Shown here piece after piece: positions 40,765-51,580 of a stretch of 64,000 nt of DNA; position 1 is the stretch's first letter; each line of letters starts with the position of its first letter. The DNA lies in the NCBI RefSeq assembly GCF_963853765.1, contig NC_088860.1, positions 42,656,001-42,720,000 on the forward strand, in the 5' to 3' direction. The stretch comes from Magallana gigas. Taxonomy: Eukaryota. A program made the translations under genes and the position numbers. The notes below the pieces were generated by a model, which did no database searches, had not been told where the DNA came from, and worked only from the letters and a program-made list of their open reading frames with translations.

Positions 40765-42825
40765 TTTGATGTGCCTGGTTAAAATTGTCTTTTTCCCAAA
40801 GGCCTGATCACAAAACTCGCATTCAAACTTCCTTTTGGACATGTCTTCCAAACCACAAGCTAACAAATGTTTACTCCACTCATCTTTTGACTGAAGTCGA
40901 AACAAGCATCTAGTACTCAGATATTCTGGTTTTCTAGCTGTCGATTTTTCATTATTTTCTGTCAATCTAATATGGGAACACCCAATGTGGCCTTGTAACT
41001 GTAATTCATGCTCCACCCCTTGTATATACATTTTACTTTGAGATACGTCTATTACACAATGGCTTGATTTCAGAAATTCAAGCCCTAAAATTCCGTCGGC
41101 TTTAATGTTGGCAACAACAGCTGTACATTCAAACTTATACTCCCCTAGTTGGATTTTAAAATTTCCTTTTCCTTTCACTGACAAAGGAGTTCCATCTGCA
41201 CTAACTATGTTTTGTGCAACTGTTTCCAAAGTAATAGGACCAGCCTTTTCCATGCTCTCAAATATTCTATCGGCTAGAATTGTCAATGTTGCGCCGGTAT
41301 CAACAAGCAAATTGCATGGAACCATGTCTACAAGCGCGTTAATAAACAAACCAGATTCTGTACTGACTGAAGCATTCTTAACAGTGGCTGTGTTCGACTT
41401 TGTATCATGGCTTTTATTCTTGAACTGAGTTTCACAATGTTCACCTGGTTTAGATTTAGCAGCTTTCTTTTGAGCGTGTTCTTGGTTTAACTTAATAAAG
41501 CAATCTTTGATTTTATGTCCACGCCTTCCGCAGTGATGGCATTTAAAAGGGAAGTGATCGACATGCACTGCATCGGTATCATTTGATTTGTCTGCTTCCT
41601 TACTTGCAGATAATTTTGATATTTTATTCTCCAGATCTCTCATGGACTGTTGAATTTCCTGACGAAGCTTCATAATTTCTTCATTTACATCAATGCTACT
41701 CTGTGGAGAAGACGTATTTGTATCTACCACGTCCATTGTAGCACCACGAGCAAATCCGACGTCATGTCTACGTTGACGCTCGGCTCTACAGAACGCTTCT
41801 ATTTCGACTGCTAATCTGATGGCATCATTCAGAGATTTAGGACGGGACTGTTGAATACGCAGTCGCATGTCAAAATTCGACAGCGCATCAATGAACTGAT
41901 CTTTGGCAATCATTTCAGTTACATCCCTTGGTGCCGTAGGGTATGCAAGATGAGTCAAGCGACGTATGCTTTCCCCTAGCTCTGGTAAAGTCTCTGTCGC
42001 TTTTTGGCGTTTTTCCCTAAGCATTGCTCGGTACAACTCGGTCTGATTAACAGGTGCAAACCTTGCCTCTAATGCATCACATAAATCCTCATATGTGAAA
42101 ACTGTGCCTGTTTTTATGTTTCCGAGTACAGTCTGTGCTTGTCCTCTTAAAGATGCTGCCAAGTATAAACTCTTCTGTCGAGGATTCCACAAGTTAATAC
42201 TACAGCAGGCTTCGAAATGAGCTTTATAGTCTATCCATGAGGAAGTGCCATCAAATGTTGCCGGTTTCATGATAGTTTTACCCATATTATTATCTACAAG
42301 ATTGTTTTCAGTGTTACCTTGTGAGTTAACACTCCGATTAAAGACCTGGTTTGAATGTGGTATATCATTCCATGCACCATGTCTTGATGTCCAAGTAACA
42401 CTTGTTGTCGTTGATGTGGCACCGAGACTGTGTGTACTATGTGGAAAACTACCTGCGAGTAGCGTTTCCGAAAAATGTGGTTGTTCAATTGATCGAGGGT
42501 TTAAGTAATCACTATTCGCTTTGTACGTTTCTTGACTTGTTTCCCCTCGATAAATAGAGAAATCTGACTTTGGATATTTTGAATAACCAAAATTCTCCGC
42601 TGTGTCCGATTTAACATTTGCACTTGCAGTGTTTGCATACTGAGATGATCTATCATCCATACTTGCATCATATTTTGGTCTTACATCTACCCCGGAATCT
42701 GGTATCATAGAAGGATTAGATGTATATGGCGTAGACCTCAATCTATCCAATGTCTCTTTTAGCTTCTCACGTCTAGCATCTATTACGCTAAGATCAGCCC
42801 AAAGTTCAGCTTCTTTGTCATTCAT
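40741..42825 (-). CDS. gag-pro: Gag (capsid + CCHC knuckle)-aspartic protease-zinc finger polyprotein, 694 aa
   Basis: Capsid-like KPATFDG...W...L.G.A...RF...Q...E.L...AYP...QFIDAL (about 42270-41790); knuckle CHHCGRRGHKIKDC (41500-41541); protease LVDTGA (DTG at 41293-41301) with ILGLEFL; then S-x2-C-x12-H-x3-C and C-x2-C-x12-H fingers. Confidence 0.93.
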   Translation of the reverse strand: MNDKEAELWADLSVIDARREKLKETLDRLRSTPYTSNPSMIPDSGVDVRPKYDASMDDRSSQYANTASANVKSDTAENFGYSKYPKSDFSIYRGETSQETYKANSDYLNPRSIEQPHFSETLLAGSFPHSTHSLGATSTTTSVTWTSRHGAWNDIPHSNQVFNRSVNSQGNTENNLVDNNMGKTIMKPATFDGTSSWIDYKAHFEACCSINLWNPRQKSLYLAASLRGQAQTVLGNIKTGTVFTYEDLCDALEARFAPVNQTELYRAMLREKRQKATETLPELGESIRRLTHLAYPTAPRDVTEMIAKDQFIDALSNFDMRLRIQQSRPKSLNDAIRLAVEIEAFCRAERQRRHDVGFARGATMDVVDTNTSSPQSSIDVNEEIMKLRQEIQQSMRDLENKISKLSASKEADKSNDTDAVHVDHFPFKCHHCGRRGHKIKDCFIKLNQEHAQKKAAKSKPGEHCETQFKNKSHDTKSNTATVKNASVSTESGLFINALVDMVPCNLLVDTGATLTILADRIFESMEKAGPITLETVAQNIVSADGTPLSVKGKGNFKIQLGEYKFECTAVVANIKADGILGLEFLKSSHCVIDVSQSKMYIQGVEHELQLQGHIGCSHIRLTENNEKSTARKPEYLSTRCLFRLQSKDEWSKHLLACGLEDMSKRKFECEFCDQAFGKKTILTRHIKESTVTTK

Positions 42826-43091
42826 TTTAAATTTTCTATTTCTACACTAATACAAAAATACTACACAATTTTCTAATTCTTTTATTCTTATCGTTCACAA
42901 ATTCAAAATTCAGATACACGGTTTCTTTGAACCTGGTACACACTACCCGGTAACACTTCACTTGGTTCAAAGCACCCGGTAACAATGCACTCGGTATCCA
43001 GTTCCTAATACAAACGCTATATGATGATTCAAGAACAACAAAATTAAATTTATTAAATCAACGAAATCACTGATATTTTATCCCCGAACCG

Positions 43092-43101
43092 GCTGCCACC
43101 A
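43092..43101 (-). other. Primer-binding site, probably tRNA-Leu
   Basis: Minus strand TGGTGGCAGC, 3 nt after the 5' LTR; complementary to the ...GCUGCCACCA 3' end of metazoan tRNA-Leu(AAG/UAG), recalled from known sequences. Confidence 0.8.
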
Positions 43102-43104
43102 AAA

Positions 43105-43612
43105 TGTAACGTGTTTTGTCCTGGGTTCTCAGGGATAATATATGAAATAAATTTTCCTCTAACTCTACCTGAGTTAATAATGATTAGTACAATGATTTTT
43201 CTCTAATTGGGTAACGTTTAAATCACTATCAATCATAAATGGGGATAATGTGTGAGGTGGGCTTTCAGTACTGTGTGTCTATACCCGGTTCCTATTGAGA
43301 GAGAGATACTTGGTGTCTCAATCTTCTTCAGATTTACTACACCAAGCACCTCACCTCAATTCCCAGGGTTTCTTGCCACTAGTTTCTATTCAACCCTACC
43401 TCTTAACTCTTCTATCTTTCTTCTTTCTATTTTCTTTCTATCTATCTTGTCCTTTCTACTCCGCTGTTCACAGACGACTCCCCCACACTCTACAGCACAG
43501 CTGTTTATATAACCTTGGAGTAGTCCACTCCAAGGGTAGTCAGGTTATTCCATTTCCCCCACCCAAATCTAATTCATCACAACGTTTATTATAATAAGGC
43601 ATAATCATTACA
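43105..43612 (-). repeat. 5' LTR (508 bp)
   Basis: TGTAAC...ATTACA; minus-strand TATATAAA about 110 nt into the LTR. Confidence 0.95.
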
Positions 43613-44691
43613 ATATCTATCAATTTATCTAGATATTTTGAGGTATTTGTTGATGTATACTACCTTTTAAATAGACACTGTTCATATACGTTAGCTTCTT
43701 AAACATAGTGTTTATGTAACTGATAGGGGCATCGTATTTTTATTTAACATATAGGGATATAAAAAAATATCATGATTATGATGTTACCAAAACGATATAC
43801 TATTAACTGTTTTGTTCCGTTATATATGTGAGTGCTTATGTACTAAATTCTTGTAGAAAAATGAAATTTCACCTTTAACGTTATATTGTATCACACAATT
43901 CTAAACAAATATCGCTTTCCTTTTCAAAACATTTTAAACAATTGATAATCACTTGTCAGCCTCATTATTTTTTATTGGTCGTCATTATGGGTAGTTCATA
44001 AGGACGTACGTTAACTTTGTTTTATTAATGCACAGGCAAATAAGATTGTTGTGTAACGGTGGGAGGACATGCTCATCCAAAAATAAATACAAGCAAAAGA
44101 AAAATAGACATCATAAACTATTTTCGATCCTTTCATGCCAATTATTTAAAAGCTCCCCAAAAGTAGACAGTCAAACTCCATGTAAATTCACTTTTATACG
44201 TTATTTTTTTTATAATGTACATGTAGGCTGCGAGAAAGAGTGCCCCCACCCCCCAACTGATGCTACGCGCCTGATCAACATTTAAATGTTCCGGCGAATC
44301 AACAAATCCAGTAAAACTTCAATTATTATGATTGAATTAGCAATTCAACTCATAGAAAATTCTACAGCAGTGTTTAATAATTTAATAATTGTTTTTGTTG
44401 TCATTTTATTGATGCAAATTACAATTTGAACAGTAGCGATGCACCGCCATTAAGTTTTGTTTCATGTTAGAAATGAATCTAAAGATTAAACTTATTCAGA
44501 TTAACATACGAACATGTGTCCTTTTTTATTTACAAAATATGTTGTAATAAATTCCTCACAGTATAAACTTTTTACTGTAGATTTGAATGAAATAGATTTA
44601 GACAATTGCAAACTTCGCCGCCCTCCCTCTTGATCCGCCGATGCATTTAATGCAAAACAAAAGTACACTTTCTTTCTGGATAAAACCCACG

Positions 44692-46788
44692 ATGGCGACC
44701 GGAAGAAAACCAGTCAACAAACACGTTGTTTTCAACTGTACAATCTGTTTGCAGCAGATAGTTAAACCCAGATGTCTACCCTGTTCACATACTTTCTGTG
44801 AAGAATGTCTGCAGCATTTCATATCCAGGGAAGCAATTGGGAAAGAAGAGTCGAGTTTTGAGTTTAAATGTCCGATATGTCGCCGTGTATCTAGGTGTCC
44901 CGAGCAGGGAGTTCCCGTAGAGGAATGGGCGAAACATTTTCCAGCCAATCTATTACTTAATTCTCTGACCACATCTGTGGAGGAGCAATCTCAGGATAAA
45001 TTGTGTGCAATGTGTGTACGTGATAACAAACACGTAAAAGCAGAGTATTTGTGTAACGATTGCCGCGAGTTGATATGTGCGGCTTGTAAAGGTATTCACA
45101 AAATTAATGTCATTCTACAAAAGCACAAAATATCAGCAATTAATATGAAAGATCTAGATGACGACCTGCAGTTTCCAGACGTGGACGAACCTTGCCATAT
45201 ACATCAAGGTAAATTCGTGGAGGTATTTTGTCTGGATCATGACACGTTATGCTGCAGCATCTGCTTTGCTACCAAGCATAGACATTGTGAGCGTGTAGAA
45301 GCAATTGATGAAATCGTTAAAAGAATAGAGAAGTCAAACGTTGACAGGAACATTCAGGTTCTATCTAAAATAGCCCAGGTAACTAAAGAAATAGTAGAAA
45401 ACAAGGAACGCACGATTAGAGAATCTAATGCGAGAAAGGAAACAATCCTATCAAACGTTTCTTATGAAATTGAGAACCTAAAAACCAAGCTTGATGAATG
45501 TCAACAACAGTTTGAGAAAAATTTCTTAAAATTACACGAAGAAAATGAAGAAAGACAGAAGGAATGCGTCCTGGATTTAAAACACTTCTTGCTGACCATC
45601 AGAAATGGAGAGTCACTTTTATCTGCAGTTCAAGGGAAGGGTTCCACAAAGCAGACCTTTATAACGGCCATGAAAATAATTACTGATTTAGAAGAACAGT
45701 TCCAACAACACAAAGCCAACTACTTAGAAGATGAAGAGGTTCAGTACGAACATGACCACACAATCATACTCAAACAAGTGTGTGAGCAAGACAAAATAGA
45801 AGATGTCACCATGGTGAGAAGACCATCAGGGATCATCTGGAATCTATCAATGCATTTGTCATCTTTTGGAATCCTTGAGAATATAGAACAGAGACAATTC
45901 ACGGCATTTTATCAAAGCGTCACTAATCCTGCAAAACTGAAGGCGAAGAAAGAGTCCGAGTTTCAGATTTCGGGATCAGCACATCAAGGGGTTTTTGTTG
46001 ATAACGAAACACTTGTATTAGCCTTCTCATCTCCAGCTTCTCTGAAAGTATTTAATTCCAATTACACTGAGATGTCATTTGATTCTCCAATTGAACTGAA
46101 TGGGAAAATAAGCCTTTATGCAAGCCCTACCAAAACTATGTTGTATGTTGGGTGTATGTCGTCAGTTTATAAACTGAAGATTGTAAAGAAAAACGTGAGT
46201 GCTATTGGAGCCACGTGTAAGACTGAATTCAATGTGAAAGAATTTTTTGACATTTTTTGCGTGGATGAAGAGCAAAATAGGATTGTGGTTGCAACACGGG
46301 CTAAAATTACAATTATCACACTTTTGCCTATTTGTAATGTTCAAACAGTAGTAGTTCCGAGTCCTGAAACAGTTGCTTTACCACTACTTTGTTTAACTCA
46401 AGACCGATTAGCTTGCGTGAGTGGACAAACGGTAATTTGTTTTTCACTGTCTGGTCAGAAATTGTTCCAATTTCAAATTCCTAAGGTCCAAAGCATCAGA
46501 TGTATTACCTTTGATCCTTTAAAAAACGTGTATTGTGGGTATAGAAGCTATCAGGGATGCAAAAAGTACTGCGACAATTTAGGTTGGGGTGAATGTAACA
46601 ATTGTTTCAAGCCTCAGTGTGATCACAAGGACTTAAATGGAGTGTTTCAGATTCAGAGTGATGGCATTAACGGGCGATCTTTTATTACAGAGTACCCGGA
46701 TGCCCAGTGTTTAATCTTTGATGAGTATTCCGAACAATTTGTGGTCTCTAATGGAAATAAATGTACTGTCTACAGGCTCTGTATTTGA
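44692..46788 (+). CDS. Intronless TRIM E3 ligase (RING-HC, B-box 1, B-box 2, coiled coil, degenerate beta-propeller/NHL-like C-terminus), about 698 aa
   Basis: RING CTIC...CSH.FC..C...CPIC (44737-44880); B-box 1 CAMC...C.DC...IC..C...H...H; B-box 2 C..H...FC..H...CC..C...H; helical coiled-coil region; beta-rich tail. ATG at 44692 has a strong context (ACG ATG G); in-frame upstream ATGs exist from 44641. Confidence 0.92.
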   Translation: MATGRKPVNKHVVFNCTICLQQIVKPRCLPCSHTFCEECLQHFISREAIGKEESSFEFKCPICRRVSRCPEQGVPVEEWAKHFPANLLLNSLTTSVEEQSQDKLCAMCVRDNKHVKAEYLCNDCRELICAACKGIHKINVILQKHKISAINMKDLDDDLQFPDVDEPCHIHQGKFVEVFCLDHDTLCCSICFATKHRHCERVEAIDEIVKRIEKSNVDRNIQVLSKIAQVTKEIVENKERTIRESNARKETILSNVSYEIENLKTKLDECQQQFEKNFLKLHEENEERQKECVLDLKHFLLTIRNGESLLSAVQGKGSTKQTFITAMKIITDLEEQFQQHKANYLEDEEVQYEHDHTIILKQVCEQDKIEDVTMVRRPSGIIWNLSMHLSSFGILENIEQRQFTAFYQSVTNPAKLKAKKESEFQISGSAHQGVFVDNETLVLAFSSPASLKVFNSNYTEMSFDSPIELNGKISLYASPTKTMLYVGCMSSVYKLKIVKKNVSAIGATCKTEFNVKEFFDIFCVDEEQNRIVVATRAKITIITLLPICNVQTVVVPSPETVALPLLCLTQDRLACVSGQTVICFSLSGQKLFQFQIPKVQSIRCITFDPLKNVYCGYRSYQGCKKYCDNLGWGECNNCFKPQCDHKDLNGVFQIQSDGINGRSFITEYPDAQCLIFDEYSEQFVVSNGNKCTVYRLCI

Positions 46789-47578
46789 AGTTGCTGGGCT
46801 AAAGTTTTCTTAAAATCTTATGTCACATGTTTTATTTAACAGATGTGCATTTGTTTTGAGAAATTGTTCATCCTTGGCCCAGACAGCTGATTTCATTTAT
46901 ATTGATAATTCTACAGTGCTTTGTATAATTCATGTTCTAAAGTGGTGCAATTCATGCATGATGTTTTTTTTCGCAATGTGTATTCTTAAGATCCTCTACG
47001 GACATTCTTGACGTGTATCAATGTTTTAATTTGCTTTGTACAAATACGTATTGTATATTGTCTATATTGTAATGATATCAAGAAGCTTATAAGATCGTTA
47101 CTGAAGATAATTCATTACTAGGGACAGGAATAAGTTCGCTGTTATATCCGTTATTTGTTTTTGTCTTTATATTGTCGTATGCCATTGTTCAGAATGTTTT
47201 AATGTCCTTTGAAGAAAAAAAAGTTTTTCAATAGAAAGTAAACTAGGATCATGGAACGAAAAAAGTCTTAATACGTATATATACGGTTGATATATCATCA
47301 AAATTAAAGTTCATTTTTAATCAAATGGCTACCAGGGGCCTTGACACCTGCTCCATTCTTCGACCTTGATCCTTTCATCTTATTAAAAATTGTTCAAGGT
47401 TATTGCACACCACTCAGTGGGCGTAATTTGATATCGGTATCAACGGGAATTATGATTCGGACAATTATTTTAACACAGAAAGGTTATTTGACTTTCTATT
47501 GAAAAACGGACAACTTCAATGGGACGGACAATCGGACAAGGTTTATTGCACATCCTCTACCCACAGTTCAGTGAAGCA

Positions 47579-47789
47579 TACTGTAAACGTATTATAATTG
47601 GCGTGTACAATATTTGGCGGTAATTAGTTTTTGAACAAGTTGGCGTATATTTGAATTAGCGTATTCCTGAATGCGCCTTTTCTTATACATATACGCATAG
47701 CATTTAGCGATTTACTTGATTTAGCGGAAGCCGTATTCCGCCAAAAGCGCTTAATAGAATACACAGCCAAATGTAGTACGTTTACAGTA
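47579..47789. mobile_element. TA-flanked MITE
   Basis: TA + CTGTAAACGTATTA ... TAGTACGTTTACAG + TA (1 mismatch). Confidence 0.8.
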
Positions 47790-47941
47790 TGCTACAGGCA
47801 ATGATTTCACACAGAGGGGATTTTTTAATTTGATTGAGAGAAGGGCTGTCACTATTCTATATGTAATGTTCACGTGTTCCCTTCCCTGTCTTGTAAAAAA
47901 AAGTATTTGTTGATTTAACCTACAGATCTACGGATCCATGT

Positions 47942-48295
47942 AACCATGGATTCCCAATAGAAACAGGTAGATGGCATAATATTGATAAAAATATAAGAAA
48001 ATGTAGAATGTGTGACTCTAATAGTATTGGGGGTGAATTTCATTATATTTTAGAATGTACACATTTTGCAAACGATAGAAAAATGTTTTTGTCCAAGATA
48101 TATGATGAAAACCCAAATAGTAAAACAATTAACGAGCTGATAAATACTATTAATGCAGCAAAAATTAAAATGTTGTCAAGATTCATTAAGAAAACGTTCA
48201 ATCAAAGTCTGCTCTTCCAAAAACAAACCTATACAACCTACTGTATTGTAAACTCAACTTTCATATATTTATTACTACATGTACTGTACATGTGA
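47942..48295 (+). mobile_element. CR1/L2-group LINE ORF2 3' remnant
   Basis: In-frame NHGFPIETGRW...RKCRMC...IGGEFHYILECTHF, the same motif as the fragment at 14.7-15.2 kb. Confidence 0.8.
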
Positions 48296-50031
48296 TCCTT
48301 GACTGTACATGTATTTTGTGTTCAGTTCTATATCACCCCTGCGAATGTTATTGTCATTTAAATTTTAGATCACGTGGTTTTATTTGACCCTTTCAGTTTC
48401 GCAGTAAAAATCGTGCCTCGTGTTTATAGTCTATTTTAGTGAATCTGGGTACTTGTAGTCAAATATAAATTCTAGAGGTTTATTGATTTTAAAATTTATC
48501 TTCATTAATTGGTGGATAAAATGTGTTCTAGAAATAAATGTGACAATACAAAAAATAGTTTTTTTTCTGCTGTTGCGACAATTAACATGCGTTGTAGAGA
48601 ATTAATTTTCGATCCGCGCCTGACCTAGTAATAACATCAATAGTGAAACAGGCTGTACTATTTTATGCAGAATGTTCCTTAAAAATGGCTCAATATACTA
48701 AGTTTTTATGCAAAACGTTCACCCATTATTTTTTATAAAAGATGGTATTGCACACCAAGCATCAAACATGACTATGATTTTATTAAGGTAGCAAGGGACA
48801 GTTTCGAATAAAGTACCCGTCAATATTTTTGTAAAATTGAGAGTTGCTGTACTTGAAGGCTTATGAGTGTTGCTAAAATTCATGAAATGATTTTTAATGA
48901 ATATCATTAGTTAGAGGGGTGTCTCTTGTTGAAATTGATATGCAATATGTAGGCCCCTTATGTTAGGTACAAGAGAATCAGAAGTAAAATGCGAAACCTG
49001 CGGCTTTGACTGTTGTGCTGACTTTACACAGTGAAATTGCAAGTTACAGACGGGAGGTAAAATAACACGAAAAGTAGGTGGATGGGACATTGTAAACTAT
49101 ACACCGGTAAGTTTCTGACATGTGATAGTGCAGCATGCACGCGGTACGGAAGGTCAACCCTCTGCAGGGAATTAGCTGGGGGAGGTCTAAAAAGCTGAAA
49201 TATCATGAAAAATTAGCAAAATATGAAAGGGTTAAAATCTCATAAAAACCAGTATGTAGAGAATTTTACAGGTTTTGATTAGCAATTTTCTTCAGAAATT
49301 GGTGATTGGCCTTATAAAGAGCGAATTAAAGGTATTTGTGCTGAATGGGAACTGAGGAAACTCTAGTTACAGAGTTCCGAAGACATGCATCCCTTGGCTA
49401 CAATGAATTGGATAAAAAAAACTGTCCCCTGCCACCTAAGCAACCCAATGTTTATATTATCAACCACTCTACACGTGGTTGAACACGAACGATAACTCTG
49501 TTCTGAATACCATCGTTTAATTTTAAAAACCGCTGGATGGAGAAATAAGGCATACATCTTAAAAGATGTTGATGTTTTAACATAAATCAAAGTAGGATAT
49601 GATAAGAAAATCGACCAGTACTTACGTATTTTTAGAATATTATCCGAACACTTATACTTTCGCTCGAAATTTCACAGGAACTGAACAAATCTCGGTGATG
49701 TCTCGTGAACTTTCATTCGAGCACCTCTGGATTTATTACATACTTAGCAAAGATAAAGAAAACATTCTGAACACATTCGCAGGGGTGTGTATACTCATGT
49801 GGAACCTCAAATATCAGTGAACTGGTCTTGAATGAATGAATAAACAATTTGAATTGCTTAGAATATTATATCGTACATGTATATATAGAGAATGCTGCCT
49901 GCGTCACAGTACATATAAAAGTGCCATAGTATTTAACCAAAATAAAGTCACAGTATTAGAATTAGACAATAATTTATGTACTTAAAATTCTTATCAAAGC
50001 AAAAGAGTTTATCCCCAGCTTGTTTCTAGCT

Positions 50032-50347
50032 CATGCGCGGATCCAGAAAATGTTTCCAGGGGTGGAGTTTGAGGGGGTCCGAATTTGAAGTCGGAGGGGG
50101 CGGGGGGCTACAATAATCATCAGAAATCCTGACAAGCCAAAAAAAACCAATTCCCAAAATCATTAAATTCCTTATCCGTGGGGATGAGGTGGGGGTGGGG
50201 GGGGGGACGTAGTATACCTATAAAAGTTTGCCCCCCGGGGGGGGGGGGGGGGGGGTCCGAGGCATATTTGCGATAATTTTACAATGTAAATTTAATAAAT
50301 TTTCATTTCCCAGGGGGTGTCGGACCCCTCCCCCCGATCCGCGCATG
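50032..50347. mobile_element. Poly-G-rich MITE
   Basis: 12-bp perfect TIR CATGCGCGGATC / GATCCGCGCATG; internal sequence resembles 17319-17727; no TSD seen. Confidence 0.75.
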
Positions 50348-51179
50348 CAACACATGACATTCATGATGCTTCCATCTACTGCGTGACCCAGCTGGACAAC
50401 ATAAATTATGTAGCGCCAACTGTACATATAGAACCATTTAACAAGAGCTTGGACTTTGGGTAGTTGAGTCAAACGGCAATGTGACGTAGGCATGTCTATT
50501 TCTATGTAGGCCTCTCAGCCATGGCTCTTTGAAATCAACAGGATTTGTCTGGCGAAGAGTACGCAATCGGTGTATATTTCGCTTCTAACCAGCGTCATCT
50601 TAACTTGTTTTGACGCAAGAAATAGATAGTTACATCCTACTGAAAGTCCAAGTACGTGTTTGCCTTTGGGATGAATTTACCGTAGAAACAGAAACTAGGG
50701 CAGGGGTTGGGGTTTCTAATCTTATGTAACAAATTGATTTATTTTCATTATGCAGTTTGCATTATTCATAAAGTTTTTACAGTTTAAACAGTTTATTGTC
50801 ATTCTTAAGGTTCAAATACTTACGATTGATCATTTAATTCTCTCTACTCTCACATTTTGAACAAGTTAAAATTTATCCTATCTATAGTTACAACTCTACA
50901 GCAAATAGTATTCATGTTTTCACTTTAGCCTAAGTTATAAAGTTAACCTGGGCTGCGTTCAATATCGTAACAGCTAGCCTAGCCGCTAGGTCGTATATAT
51001 CTAGGTCTGTTGAACGGACCGCTAGATTAGCCGCTAGGTCTCAGATTTAAAGTTTGTAATAAATTCGACTAAAGACTTATTACATTCACATAATTTGTTA
51101 ATTTCAAGCGGAAAATATACATGGTAAAACTCATTATACCTAACGTTAGACCTAACCATTAGGAACATAGCTTTATAGA

Positions 51180-51409
51180 GGGTTCAGCCCCCCCCCCCCC
51201 CCCATTTTCTCGCAGGAAAGATAATTGTTCCTAAATTTACCTTGAAAGATTGAGAAGTTGGAGTCATAGGCATAGTAGCCCCCCCCCCCCCCCCCCCCCC
51301 ATGGATTAGGATTTCCATGATTTTGGGAATTTTTTTTTCCCTCAATATATTTCTGAGGATTAGTCTAGCCCCCCCCCCCCCCACTTTCAATTTGCTTCCG
51401 ACGCCAGTG
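51180..51409 (-). mobile_element. Partial inverted copy of the 17319-17727 MITE family
   Basis: Minus strand starts CACTGGCGTCGGAAGCAAATTGAAAGTGGGGG, matching 17319 onward. Confidence 0.8.
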
Positions 51410-51580
51410 AGAGCTATGAATAGATTAGAGTTAGGTTAACCGTTTAGCATGATAAAGCATGATTTATGTAGAGTTAGGATTTAGTTCATTTTTGTAGGGT
51501 TTAAACTTTAAAGCATTTTTATGCAACCTTCAAAATTTGGTTCAGCTGCCCAAATAAGGAGATAAGGGACTGGCCCTTCA

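Larger units (their letters stand above)
39596..43612 (-). mobile_element. Non-autonomous Ty3/gypsy-type LTR retrotransposon (Gag-protease-zinc finger; no RT/RNase H/integrase)
   Basis: LTRs of 503 and 508 bp with TGTAA...TTACA ends; 4-bp TSD ATAT (39592-39595 and 43613-43616); PBS next to the right LTR; purine tract next to the left LTR; 3,006-bp internal region. Confidence 0.95.

Noticed and set aside
40741-46788. Functional pairing of the TRIM gene with the neighbouring capsid (TRIM5-like restriction or decoy system)
   Set aside because: The TRIM lacks a PRY/SPRY or cyclophilin domain, and the element is a recent insertion with an intact TSD. Adjacency alone is not evidence.
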